Under the pieces are notes generated by a model that was given only the letters and a program-made list of their open reading frames with translations, had not been told where the DNA came from and searched no databases. This document shows, piece after piece, positions 1-8,494 of a stretch of 64,000 nt of DNA (its first letter is position 1; each line of letters opens with the position of its first letter). The position numbers and the translations under genes were made by a program. This stretch comes from a virus, in IMG/VR virus record IMGVR_UViG_3300020451_000152, positions 1 through 64,000 of that record, one strand, 5' to 3'.

Positions 1-824
1 GTGTCAACAGATCCTAAGAACTCACATTCAAACTCAACCTTAAACTGTTGTTCAGATGTGTTCTTAATAGTCTGTTCCTTCCACTTAGCATCCCTACCAG
101 GTACTTCTGACCAGTGGACTTCAGTAGCAGTGTATTCATTCTTACCTCTTTGTGCATCATGCCAATACCTATAGAAATGATTCATACCACATGGGGTAGA
201 AACCATTATGACTTTGGTTGATTTACCAGAAGTGATAGTAGGATATACTGAGGAAAAGAATGCCTCAGCAATATGATTAGGAACAAAGGCAAACTCATCC
301 AGAAAAATAATGTTAAAAGACATACCTCTAACTGCTGATGCAGAGGTAGATGCTGCAAGTATTTTAGATCCATTTTCTAACTCCATTGATCCTTTATTCC
401 ATGACAAAATACCTTGCTGCATCCACTTAGGTAAATTTTCATAGGCAGTTTGTAACCTACCTAATAGTTCCCTTGCAGTTGCTGCTTTGTTTGCCAGAAT
501 ACCTACATTAACACTATCATTAAAAACAATATAGTGCAATAGATATGAAACAGCAGTAGTGGATTTACCAGTCTGCCTTGGCATCTTACAGATATTAAAT
601 CTAGAATTATGGAAATTATTAATTAATTTTTCTTGGAAATCATACATCTTAAAGGGCACAAGACCTTCATCCAAAGATACAATTTTAATATAATTCTTTG
701 CAAAATATATTGGATCTTGTTTACATTTGATAAATTCCGCAATCTGTTTCTGACTAAACTCAACAGTTGTGTTTGCCTTTTTTAGATTGGGATTGCCAAG
801 ATAGATTTCATTTTGTGTAGGCAT
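1..824 (-). CDS. gp17: Terminase large subunit, N-terminal ATPase part (runs off the window's left edge)
   Basis: Manual translation from ATG at 824: MPTQNEIYLGNPNLKKAN...KMPRQTGKST (Walker A)...IIFLDEFAFV (Walker B)...VSTPCGMNHFY. Confidence 0.97.
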   Translation of the reverse strand, partial: MPTQNEIYLGNPNLKKANTTVEFSQKQIAEFIKCKQDPIYFAKNYIKIVSLDEGLVPFKMYDFQEKLINNFHNSRFNICKMPRQTGKSTTAVSYLLHYIVFNDSVNVGILANKAATARELLGRLQTAYENLPKWMQQGILSWNKGSMELENGSKILAASTSASAVRGMSFNIIFLDEFAFVPNHIAEAFFSSVYPTITSGKSTKVIMVSTPCGMNHFYRYWHDAQRGKNEYTATEVHWSEVPGRDAKWKEQTIKNTSEQQFKVEFECEFLGSVD

Positions 825-1285
825 TATTCTACTAGCGTACCGTGTGCTCTACGAATCTCTCTGAGTTCTTCAAAGTTTTTTTGTTTTGTTCCACCATCAT
901 ATGCCCAAGCGTAACCTTCTTGAATCATTAATTCGTTGAGTGATACATCAGCATCGCCAACATATATCCAACCAAGAAGCCTACCATACTTACCCATGCC
1001 ACCCTTAAGTTCGGTTCTAATAGTAAGTTCTTCATCGCCTTTAATTGTTTCTTCTAATTTTTGTTTCATCCACGCAGTAGCATCAAGACCCAATGCTTTC
1101 TCTTCTAAGTCTCTAGTTCTTTTCTCAGGAGTGTCCACACCAGCGATCCGTACCCTTTCTGTCTTCGCTATGTCAAATCCTAGATCAATAATGACATCAA
1201 TAGTGTCACCATCAACTACCTTCTTTATCTTCGTTACCCTGAAGTTGTAGCAGCTCTTCCTGCTTGGTGGTGTCATCGCTCCCAT
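824..1285 (-). CDS. Thermonuclease (SNase-like) family nuclease
   Basis: VVDGDTIDV, RIAGVDTPE, GKYGRLLG motifs; start MGAMTPP at 1285 preferred over 1300. Confidence 0.85.
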   Translation of the reverse strand: MGAMTPPSRKSCYNFRVTKIKKVVDGDTIDVIIDLGFDIAKTERVRIAGVDTPEKRTRDLEEKALGLDATAWMKQKLEETIKGDEELTIRTELKGGMGKYGRLLGWIYVGDADVSLNELMIQEGYAWAYDGGTKQKNFEELREIRRAHGTLVE

Positions 1286-1388
1286 TTGGCCAAATTTCAT
1301 CGTACTTAAATATGTAGTAGATTACGACACCTACTAATATTAAGAGAAATGCTACCATATTGTTTACGAACCAGACAACTTCATTCAT
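1212..1388 (-). CDS. Small membrane protein (58 aa)
   Basis: Manual ORF MNEVVWFVNNMVAFLLILVGVVIYYIFKYDE..., one hydrophobic helix, ATGA coupling to upstream gene. Confidence 0.55.
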   Translation of the reverse strand: MNEVVWFVNNMVAFLLILVGVVIYYIFKYDEIWPNGSDDTTKQEELLQLQGNEDKEGS

Positions 1389-1651
1389 GATACTTTACCA
1401 CCCCATTCAGAATTAGGATCTAATCTATCCATATAATTAAATCCACTGCCTTCTGGGTAAATATATTTTCCATTCTCATCAAAGTTTGGACCTACCTTCT
1501 TTGCAGGATATGTTGGATAAGGTCTCAACCCTGCTCTCATCTCATTACCCTTTCTTCTTCTCATCTCATTACCAGTCTCATAATCTTCGGGCATAGTAGG
1601 ACAAGAAGTTCCTAAAATCTTTCTGATATCTTCTTTAGTGTATCCTTTCAT
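1385..1651 (-). CDS. Hypothetical protein
   Basis: ORF track 1385..1693; ATG at 1651 overlaps the upstream TAA (TAATG) and is the likelier start. Confidence 0.65.
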   Translation of the reverse strand: MKGYTKEDIRKILGTSCPTMPEDYETGNEMRRRKGNEMRAGLRPYPTYPAKKVGPNFDENGKYIYPEGSGFNYMDRLDPNSEWGGKVS

Positions 1652-1956
1652 TAGTAATGATCCTCCAATCCTTCTTGTGGTACAGGTTTCCAATCCTTAC
1701 CATAGTATTTTTCTAAGATATTATGGTGCGGTGCATCTGTTCCTACTACTACCTTCTTAGGTGGTGGAGGTGAGAACATCTCCATCTGTATCTCAGGTAC
1801 AGAAAAGGTGTCACCACCTTTCCTGTGATGACACCAATAAAATGTACCGTCTTGTTTTTTAAATAAATGGTCTGCCTCGTGAGGACTAATCAAAACCATC
1901 TGAACTATCTTATCTCCTTTTTCAATCACGCTGCCTCCAATCATCAGACCTTTCAT
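1651..1956 (-). CDS. Hypothetical protein
   Basis: ORF track; tightly packed in operon; start may be GTG at 1929. Confidence 0.65.
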   Translation of the reverse strand: MKGLMIGGSVIEKGDKIVQMVLISPHEADHLFKKQDGTFYWCHHRKGGDTFSVPEIQMEMFSPPPPKKVVVGTDAPHHNILEKYYGKDWKPVPQEGLEDHY

Positions 1957-2221
1957 TGTGGAACCAGTCTACCACATCTTGTGGATCTCCGAAACCCCTG
2001 CGATGATGAGTTGAATCGGGGTCTCCAATGTTCAACTCATTCAGAAAAGAGTCTGTCGGGTCTGTACTAATTCTTCTTGCAGTGTTTAACATACCTCTAG
2101 CAGATGTATTCGACTTTGCCAATTTCTCTGCCCATATCATATCTTCTAAACTAACTTCGACTCCAGCACCTATATCTTTGCAGATTGCGGTTAACCTTAA
2201 ACGATATTGTGTTGATAACAT
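1922..2221 (-). CDS. Conserved cyanophage hypothetical protein
   Basis: MLSTQYRLRL...DWRQRD resembles a small protein common in cyanomyoviruses. Confidence 0.75.
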   Translation of the reverse strand: MLSTQYRLRLTAICKDIGAGVEVSLEDMIWAEKLAKSNTSARGMLNTARRISTDPTDSFLNELNIGDPDSTHHRRGFGDPQDVVDWFHNERSDDWRQRD

Positions 2222-2255
2222 ATGTTAATGTATGTAATTAATATAATTTATAATA

Positions 2256-2369
2256 CTATACCCATGCCTGTGCTGCAAGTGTTACTGCTAGTGATAAAGA
2301 TACTCCCATGATGGTGAGTCTACTCATCCACCACATTATCTCATGTTTGTTTTTTGTTATATTACTCAT
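2256..2369 (-). CDS. Small hydrophobic protein (37 aa)
   Basis: Manual ORF MSNITKNKHEIMWWMSRLTIMGVSLSLAVTLAAQAWV, ATGA overlap with upstream ORF. Confidence 0.5.
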   Translation of the reverse strand: MSNITKNKHEIMWWMSRLTIMGVSLSLAVTLAAQAWV

Positions 2370-2533
2370 GATTCTAGCAAGCAATATTCCGTTGAGTGAG
2401 GTCCGATCAAATCGGGGAGATCCTCTCTTGCAAACTGTATTGCTTGATATGCGTCATCTGCATACTCACAAATTTCTGCATGTTGATTATGATTATCGTG
2501 ATAACCAACCGTATAATGTTTAGTCAGGGGCAT
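2366..2533 (-). CDS. Small hypothetical protein (55 aa)
   Basis: Manual ORF MPLTKHYTVGYHD...EICEYADDAYQAI..., just downstream of a late promoter. Confidence 0.6.
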   Translation of the reverse strand: MPLTKHYTVGYHDNHNQHAEICEYADDAYQAIQFAREDLPDLIGPHSTEYCLLES

Positions 2534-2558
2534 GATCTTTCAATCCCATACTGTAACA

Positions 2559-2566
2559 TATTTATA
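2559..2566 (-). promoter_or_regulatory. T4-type late promoter TATAAATA
   Basis: Exact gp55 late consensus in an intergenic gap. Confidence 0.75.
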
Positions 2567-2623
2567 GCATAATTTGAGTAATTTTGCTTAGTTCAGTGTG
2601 GACTCCAACACTCAGTTAGGGGA

Positions 2624-3229
2624 TCAATAAAAACCTGCATAACTGTTGTTATACTTAACATTTGGCATACATGACCTCAATCTAAAATTCATCGATATAA
2701 CAGTTCTTTTAGCATCAGTTGGTGGGACTTTATGTTTCAATAATGATGGGAAAAATATCAACATATTATTCTCTGGTTTTATCTCTAAAGAGTTTTCAAA
2801 AATTATAGGTGCACAGTTATCTTCAACATCTACAAAATATACACAAGACATAACATCAGGAAAATGATCGTGCTCTTTTGTCCAATCTCCATCAACATAT
2901 TCCACCACCCACATATTAGAACAAATTAATTCAGCATCTGCATTAAAATGTTTTCTAGATAAAAAATTACATGCTTCTGTACAGACATCAACAAAAGGTT
3001 GAAATCTAGGATCTTTTTTATGGGTAAACCAATCACTCCTCCATGCTTGAACATTACTACGATATCCTTCTGGATATTGTCTCCTATGATCTTTGATTAG
3101 ATTTTTTAATGCATTCTCTTTCGAGGCTGTTTTAACAACAGCAATCTTAGAGTTGACTGCAGCAAGTTCAAGAGTTGTGGTAAAGACTGGTATGTCTTTT
3201 GTTACATTAGAAATTTCAAAGTTTGCCAA
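2624..3229 (-). CDS. 2OG-Fe(II) oxygenase-like protein
   Basis: HDH...SCVYFV...FFPSLLKHKV...RTVISMN double-stranded beta-helix motifs. Confidence 0.8.
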   Translation of the reverse strand: MANFEISNVTKDIPVFTTTLELAAVNSKIAVVKTASKENALKNLIKDHRRQYPEGYRSNVQAWRSDWFTHKKDPRFQPFVDVCTEACNFLSRKHFNADAELICSNMWVVEYVDGDWTKEHDHFPDVMSCVYFVDVEDNCAPIIFENSLEIKPENNMLIFFPSLLKHKVPPTDAKRTVISMNFRLRSCMPNVKYNNSYAGFY

Positions 3230-5257
3230 TTAGCATTTCCATTTTCTGAGTGCCAATGCCTTACGAGTGGGTTCACCGTTAGGTTTTTTCATCGGTCCTT
3301 TAACACCACCCATTCTAGCACAAAAAGATTTTTTTCTAGGTCCACCTTCAGGTTGTGGTGCTTTTAAATCGCTACCAGGATTTTCTCTCTCGTAAGATTT
3401 TCTACCTTTCTCATTTAGACCACCTGTCTTGTTCTTACCTTCCTTTCTCTGCCAAGCAGATTCCATAAATGAACTGAAATTTTTACTAGGAATAGTATCT
3501 TCGTTCTTAGGGTTCTTATTGAATCCCATTGAACCATCTGGATCAGTTGCCCTCATTGCCAATTTACCTGCTGCGTTTTTAACTCCCTTAGCTCTTTTGA
3601 TAGCTTTCTTTTTACCATCACCATCAAATGCTAAACGGTTTGTTGCTTTCTGAGTATAACTTAGTAGAGTTGAAGTCTTGAGTTCATTAAGATCTTCATG
3701 TGGAATTGTATTACCATCTTTATCTTTCTGATGATGTTCTACCTTATATGCTGGAACCTTTGCTCCTTTCTTACCTCTCCTTGCCTCATGTTCTTTTCTA
3801 CGAAGATCAATGGTCTTACCTCTCTTACCTGATGGGTCAAACATACCAGGATCACCGTGACCTGGTCCTTTTCTTCTGTAGTTCCTGATAGATGCTTTAC
3901 CGTAGTCACTACGACCTTTATCTACCTTTGCTTCAGTAACTTTGTCTTTCTTATGACGATGATCTCCATAAGTGATGCAAGGATCTTGACCACATCCACA
4001 ATTCTTTTCTTTTTTCTCTTCACCGACAAACTTAACAGGTGAGGAGACTGTGCCCTTACCTTTAACATACCTTGTAGTTCTAGGATTCTTAGGATCGTCA
4101 CTCTTAAAATCTTTATGAAGTTTATTGTATTCCTTACGAGTCATTTCGATCTCTTCCTTCTTAACACCACGCCTTGCTTCGTGATCTGCTCTTCTATCTT
4201 TTCTGATACCACCACCTAGTTCATGTGATCCATGAGGATTACCATATCTCTTATCTCTAACAGTTGCTCTCTTATAGTCTGGGGTCTTCATATCAACCTT
4301 TGCTTCAGCAACTTCTGCATTTTTATCATCATTAATATAATGCTCATGCATTTCACTAACAAGACTAGTTAACTTTTTAACAGGAACATTCTTTTCTACA
4401 CCATGACTAAACAATACATCATAATGTGTGATGTCACCATACTCATCAAGAGTATGCATTTCTTTGATGCAATCACCTATACCATACTCTTCATGTTTTA
4501 CTTTAGATGAGCAATCATGCTTTACCTTTTTCTTCTTCTTTGCTGCTTCTGCTCTCTTGTCAAGAAAATTTTTCATAGCACCTTTTGGTTTGCCATCTCC
4601 TTTATACAAACCATAAGATGTTCCTTCCACATTCAGTGTCTTAGGATAATCTTTATCTCCTTTTTTAGCAGGTGCTTCACCACGCTTTCTTTTTGCATGG
4701 ATGTTGTCCCATAGACCTTTTTTCTTCCCTTCTGCAAACTCCTGTCTCAAAACTTCTGCTTTGTTTAGAATAGATTCATAGGTCATGTGTTTTTTCCCAA
4801 CTTGAGTACTAAATTCTCCTTTCTTTGCTTTGAGTTTACCTGCGGTTGCACTCTTAGACTTTCCTAGTCCACCTTTTCTAGTGGCATGTAACTTAGCAGT
4901 TGAACTGCCTTTTTGTTTAACTAGAACTGAATCTTGGTTATGCTTTGCAGCAACCTTCTTCATATCCTTTTTAAATTTTCTTTTACCTTTCTTACCTGAG
5001 GTAACAAAATAAGATCTTTCTTTAACTTTAGTTTCCTTACCAGTCTTACTATCTTTCTCAGAATATGTACCTGTTGTTTTTTTAGGACCATATCCTCTAC
5101 CACGAAGATCTTTCTCTAATTGCTTAGAACGAGCTTTATTTTCCTTTTTGGATTTGTCACCTCTCTCAGCAGACACAGTTGCATGAGATTGTTTTTTATC
5201 TTTTGCTCTACTAATTACTCTAGAGAGACCACCTTCATCTAGTTTCATATTACACAA
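3230..5257 (-). CDS. Large Lys/Arg-rich modular protein, putative internal head polyprotein (C-terminal DUF6321-like module)
   Basis: Late promoter upstream; repeated hydrophobic-X-E junctions; two EAKVD...HEARRG modules; C-terminal AWQRKEGKN..GGLN..GR..SFCARM motif; start may be 5248. Confidence 0.7.
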   Translation of the reverse strand: MCNMKLDEGGLSRVISRAKDKKQSHATVSAERGDKSKKENKARSKQLEKDLRGRGYGPKKTTGTYSEKDSKTGKETKVKERSYFVTSGKKGKRKFKKDMKKVAAKHNQDSVLVKQKGSSTAKLHATRKGGLGKSKSATAGKLKAKKGEFSTQVGKKHMTYESILNKAEVLRQEFAEGKKKGLWDNIHAKRKRGEAPAKKGDKDYPKTLNVEGTSYGLYKGDGKPKGAMKNFLDKRAEAAKKKKKVKHDCSSKVKHEEYGIGDCIKEMHTLDEYGDITHYDVLFSHGVEKNVPVKKLTSLVSEMHEHYINDDKNAEVAEAKVDMKTPDYKRATVRDKRYGNPHGSHELGGGIRKDRRADHEARRGVKKEEIEMTRKEYNKLHKDFKSDDPKNPRTTRYVKGKGTVSSPVKFVGEEKKEKNCGCGQDPCITYGDHRHKKDKVTEAKVDKGRSDYGKASIRNYRRKGPGHGDPGMFDPSGKRGKTIDLRRKEHEARRGKKGAKVPAYKVEHHQKDKDGNTIPHEDLNELKTSTLLSYTQKATNRLAFDGDGKKKAIKRAKGVKNAAGKLAMRATDPDGSMGFNKNPKNEDTIPSKNFSSFMESAWQRKEGKNKTGGLNEKGRKSYERENPGSDLKAPQPEGGPRKKSFCARMGGVKGPMKKPNGEPTRKALALRKWKC

Positions 5258-5270
5258 TATGCTACAGATT

Positions 5271-5278
5271 TATTTATA
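5271..5278 (-). promoter_or_regulatory. T4-type late promoter TATAAATA
   Basis: Exact consensus overlapping the upstream stop codon. Confidence 0.8.
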
Positions 5279-5789
5279 TTAGGTTGAACGAGAAGATAGT
5301 TCTATGTGTATCACTAGTATTGTTAGGAGCCATGTGCATTATATTTGCAGGAAATATTATTAGGTCACCTTCTACGACTGATGGACTGAAGGATTTTCTA
5401 TGCCCATGAACATCTTGAAATGGTGAGAAGAATGTAGTGCTTCCATGTTTCTTTTCATCGTACTCTGCATAGAATATAGCAGAGTATCCTACACCACCAT
5501 GATCATGTGGTTGAAAATAATCTCCTTTGTTGTATCTTTGACACCACAATGCAGTTACATCATTAAATTTGTAATCTGATTTTTTTATAAAACTTTCTAA
5601 TTCTGGTCTAACAATAGACAGAAAAAGTTCACTATATTCGGGTATGTCTTTCTTAAAATAATCTGTGAATGATATATTATGATCTCTTAATGATGTATCT
5701 CCAAACGGAACCATAGAGAGTATTTTATCTTTTGCCCAAGCCCACTCTCTACAAAAAACTTTATGGTACTCTATATAAAATAGATTCAT
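5274..5789 (-). CDS. 2OG-Fe(II) oxygenase-like protein
   Basis: HDHG..YSAIFY...IIFPANIMH...RTIFSFN. Confidence 0.8.
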   Translation of the reverse strand: MNLFYIEYHKVFCREWAWAKDKILSMVPFGDTSLRDHNISFTDYFKKDIPEYSELFLSIVRPELESFIKKSDYKFNDVTALWCQRYNKGDYFQPHDHGGVGYSAIFYAEYDEKKHGSTTFFSPFQDVHGHRKSFSPSVVEGDLIIFPANIMHMAPNNTSDTHRTIFSFNLI

Positions 5790-5926
5790 CTAGGTGTTTT
5801 TTTGCAAAAATACTTCATGTGTCCCTGTATCATACCTTGTACTGACTTAGTTTGATGACCACAATTAGGACACTCGTAGACTGTTTCCCCTTGTTCATTA
5901 ATAATCTTCATGGGTAACCTCGTCAT
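5786..5926 (-). CDS. Small zinc-finger-like protein
   Basis: Manual ORF ...YECPNCGHQTKSVQGMIQGHMKYFCKK, C2HC pattern; ATGA overlap with next gene. Confidence 0.5.
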   Translation of the reverse strand: MTRLPMKIINEQGETVYECPNCGHQTKSVQGMIQGHMKYFCKKTPR

Positions 5927-5952
5927 AGTGCCCTCCGATTATAGCATACGGT

Positions 5953-6564
5953 TTAGGTGTAATACAAGTTTCCTGATATTGAGACCCTATCCTCCTCAGA
6001 ATTATAAAACGGATAGACACCGTGTCGAAATGATGATGGGAAGAATAGCATGTTGCCTTCCATATCTGGGTTCATTTTGTAGATATAAGAACTTATTACA
6101 CCAGATGTATCTATGTATGACATCTCAAAGTCAGATGCTACAGAGTTATGTACCTCTTTTAGGAATCCCTGACTATTCTGTTCAGCACTGGATGTTGGTA
6201 TCTTCATCCAAACCACAAAAGAGAATACTCCACCATGATCATGGGATGGATTGAACTCATGTTGTTTTTGTCTATTAACCCAAAAACCATTTAACTTCAA
6301 TCCATCAACCTTCATATGATTTAACTTCTTTGGTGTATATGGAAAATGTTTGTTATATTGATTAGCACATCCTATTAAAATATTTGAAAAATAATTATCT
6401 TTGTCTACTAAATCTAAGCTTGAAGATATATGTCCTGCCAATTGACCTTTAGCAGATCCTGATGCTACAGAGATTCTATCCCAAAGGTAACCTATAACTT
6501 CTTTATTCAATCCAACTTCCATCCACCCTGTTACAGGTGGACAAACAGGTCTACAAGAAAACAT
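5953..6564 (-). CDS. 2OG-Fe(II) oxygenase-like protein
   Basis: WVNRQKQHEFNPSHDHGGVFSFV...FFPS..RHGVYPF...RVSISGN. Confidence 0.8.
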   Translation of the reverse strand: MFSCRPVCPPVTGWMEVGLNKEVIGYLWDRISVASGSAKGQLAGHISSSLDLVDKDNYFSNILIGCANQYNKHFPYTPKKLNHMKVDGLKLNGFWVNRQKQHEFNPSHDHGGVFSFVVWMKIPTSSAEQNSQGFLKEVHNSVASDFEMSYIDTSGVISSYIYKMNPDMEGNMLFFPSSFRHGVYPFYNSEEDRVSISGNLYYT

Positions 6565-6567
6565 TAT

Positions 6568-6846
6568 TTAAAAGTTAGGAATACCAAATCCAACAGGACC
6601 GCCAGCAGCAGCATTCTCACCAACAGGTAGTGGTGATTGTGATGCTTGTGGTAGAGATGGCATCAAGTCATTTGATCCCAAACCTGGAATACTTGCTCCC
6701 AGAGATCCAGTAACAGCTTCCATAACTTGTGATTTAACTCCATCAACAATTGAATCTCTGTTGACATATACATATACCCCACTGCCAACAACGGCAAGAG
6801 ATACAACGCTAGACGCAACAGCAAGTACATTAATAATTTTTTGCAT
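6568..6846 (-). CDS. Hypothetical membrane-anchored protein
   Basis: N-terminal hydrophobic helix; resembles a recurrent cyanophage ORF (MQKIINVLA...). Confidence 0.7.
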   Translation of the reverse strand: MQKIINVLAVASSVVSLAVVGSGVYVYVNRDSIVDGVKSQVMEAVTGSLGASIPGLGSNDLMPSLPQASQSPLPVGENAAAGGPVGFGIPNF

Positions 6847-6848
6847 GA

Positions 6849-7247
6849 CTACATTTTGTAAGTTTCAGATTTTTTAGGTGACTCAGCAATTATTTTTAGT
6901 GGTGCTTGTTCTATCACAATTGTTTGTGTAGGACCACCATTTTTACCTGCACCACCATTACCATTCATCTTCATCGTTCCATCACCTTTCTTAGATGCAG
7001 TTTGAATTCCGAAGCTAGCTAAAACTCCTGTAAAAACTGAAGCTATAAAAGTTGGATCTATTTTCTGTTGAGGAACACCTGGAATGGCAACATAATTTAA
7101 AGTTAATATTCCTCCAGACCAAACCAACACCCCAAGACGAACAAATGTACTAATGATAGCAGCTTGCTCATCTTCATCGGGTAAGATTTTGTCTTTTAAT
7201 TTTCCGAGAACACCTTTTGGTTTGTCCTCTTTAACTTCTTCAGACAT
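6849..7247 (-). CDS. Hypothetical two-TM membrane protein
   Basis: Two hydrophobic segments, KIDPTFIASVFTGVLASFG motif. Confidence 0.75.
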   Translation of the reverse strand: MSEEVKEDKPKGVLGKLKDKILPDEDEQAAIISTFVRLGVLVWSGGILTLNYVAIPGVPQQKIDPTFIASVFTGVLASFGIQTASKKGDGTMKMNGNGGAGKNGGPTQTIVIEQAPLKIIAESPKKSETYKM

Positions 7248-7268
7248 TGTTTCTATTATAACACACCC

Positions 7269-7688
7269 CTATTTATCACCCATTAATCCTTGCTTGATGA
7301 GTTTCTGCAACTCTGCAGTGCTGCCAGTGAAAATAGCGTTATTAGTAACATTATTTGTAGTTTTATTTTTAGTCTCGTCAATTTCTTTTACCTTTTTTTG
7401 AAGATCCATCAGTTTATCTGCAATATCTGCAGTAGACTTTAATACCTGACCTGCTACTTCATATGCTCTTGGTGAACCAGAACTATCAGCAACATCCATT
7501 ACACCATTCAATACCTCTTGACCCTTTTCGATCAAAGTATATAACTGTGCTCTAGAGTATTGATAGTCTTTATCTATCTCTACACCATGATCTTTTTTCT
7601 CAGGTAGACTTTTATGTCTATTAAATTTTTGCACATACTCATGATCATCAGATGTAGTATTTAATGCATCATCTATTTCTTTAGTCAT
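7269..7688 (-). CDS. gp16: Terminase small subunit
   Basis: DYQYSRAQLY...SPRAYEVAGQ...FTGSTAELQK; position next to gp15. Confidence 0.92.
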   Translation of the reverse strand: MTKEIDDALNTTSDDHEYVQKFNRHKSLPEKKDHGVEIDKDYQYSRAQLYTLIEKGQEVLNGVMDVADSSGSPRAYEVAGQVLKSTADIADKLMDLQKKVKEIDETKNKTTNNVTNNAIFTGSTAELQKLIKQGLMGDK

Positions 7689-8494
7689 TAGACATCCTCC
7701 TGTCTAGTAGGACTGTACTTTTTAGAATCACCATACATTGTAGTGGTTTCACTGAATCCAAAGTCATCCTCAGGTCCAGCACTAATAGGATCAGGAGTCA
7801 CTGCATACCTCATCTCACGCTTAGCTGTTCTAGTATTAGTATCAGCATAGTAGTCAACCTGTGCCTTCTTAATAAGACCATCTGTGCTCTCAGCAACAGG
7901 ACCAAAGAGGTAAGTTTTAGCAGTAAAATTAAAAGTGTACATTAACACTCGTCTAGTTGTAAAGTCTCCCTCATACTCATCACTAAATGATATATTTTCA
8001 AGTACGACAGGTATATCTCTTTTTTCTCCAATAGAATCTACAAGATCAATTGTAATATTGTACGCTGGTTGGAAGAATGGAAGTATCTGTTCTACGATCT
8101 GTAACGCATCATCATTCAATTTTGTCATAACATTGAGTTCAAACCCAACATTATATGGAACTGGTAAATAAACTTTCTTTGTTTTTGTACTATCTGTTTT
8201 ATCTACTGCTTTAAAAGTTCTGGTAATACTACCTTTTCTACTAGGATCATAATTCATAGAAGACATTTCAAATGACATTCTAGGCAATGTAATAGCAGTT
8301 GCCTTTGTCAATTCTTCTTGCTGTTCAAGTTTTGCTAAAAACTTTTGCTTAGGACCATATATTAATGGAACCTTAGTTTCACTAATAGTTGCCCCACTCC
8401 TGTCATCATGGCGAACATTGATATCATTAAAAAGTGTACCAAATGAAATAACAGTCTTTCGTAAAATTTCGTGGTAAAAATAAGTACCTAACAT
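7688..8494 (-). CDS. gp15: Tail sheath stabiliser / tail completion protein
   Basis: YFYHEILRKTVISFGTLFN, LPRMSFE, PVPYN, QIVEQILPFFQP. Confidence 0.95.
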   Translation of the reverse strand: MLGTYFYHEILRKTVISFGTLFNDINVRHDDRSGATISETKVPLIYGPKQKFLAKLEQQEELTKATAITLPRMSFEMSSMNYDPSRKGSITRTFKAVDKTDSTKTKKVYLPVPYNVGFELNVMTKLNDDALQIVEQILPFFQPAYNITIDLVDSIGEKRDIPVVLENISFSDEYEGDFTTRRVLMYTFNFTAKTYLFGPVAESTDGLIKKAQVDYYADTNTRTAKREMRYAVTPDPISAGPEDDFGFSETTTMYGDSKKYSPTRQEDV

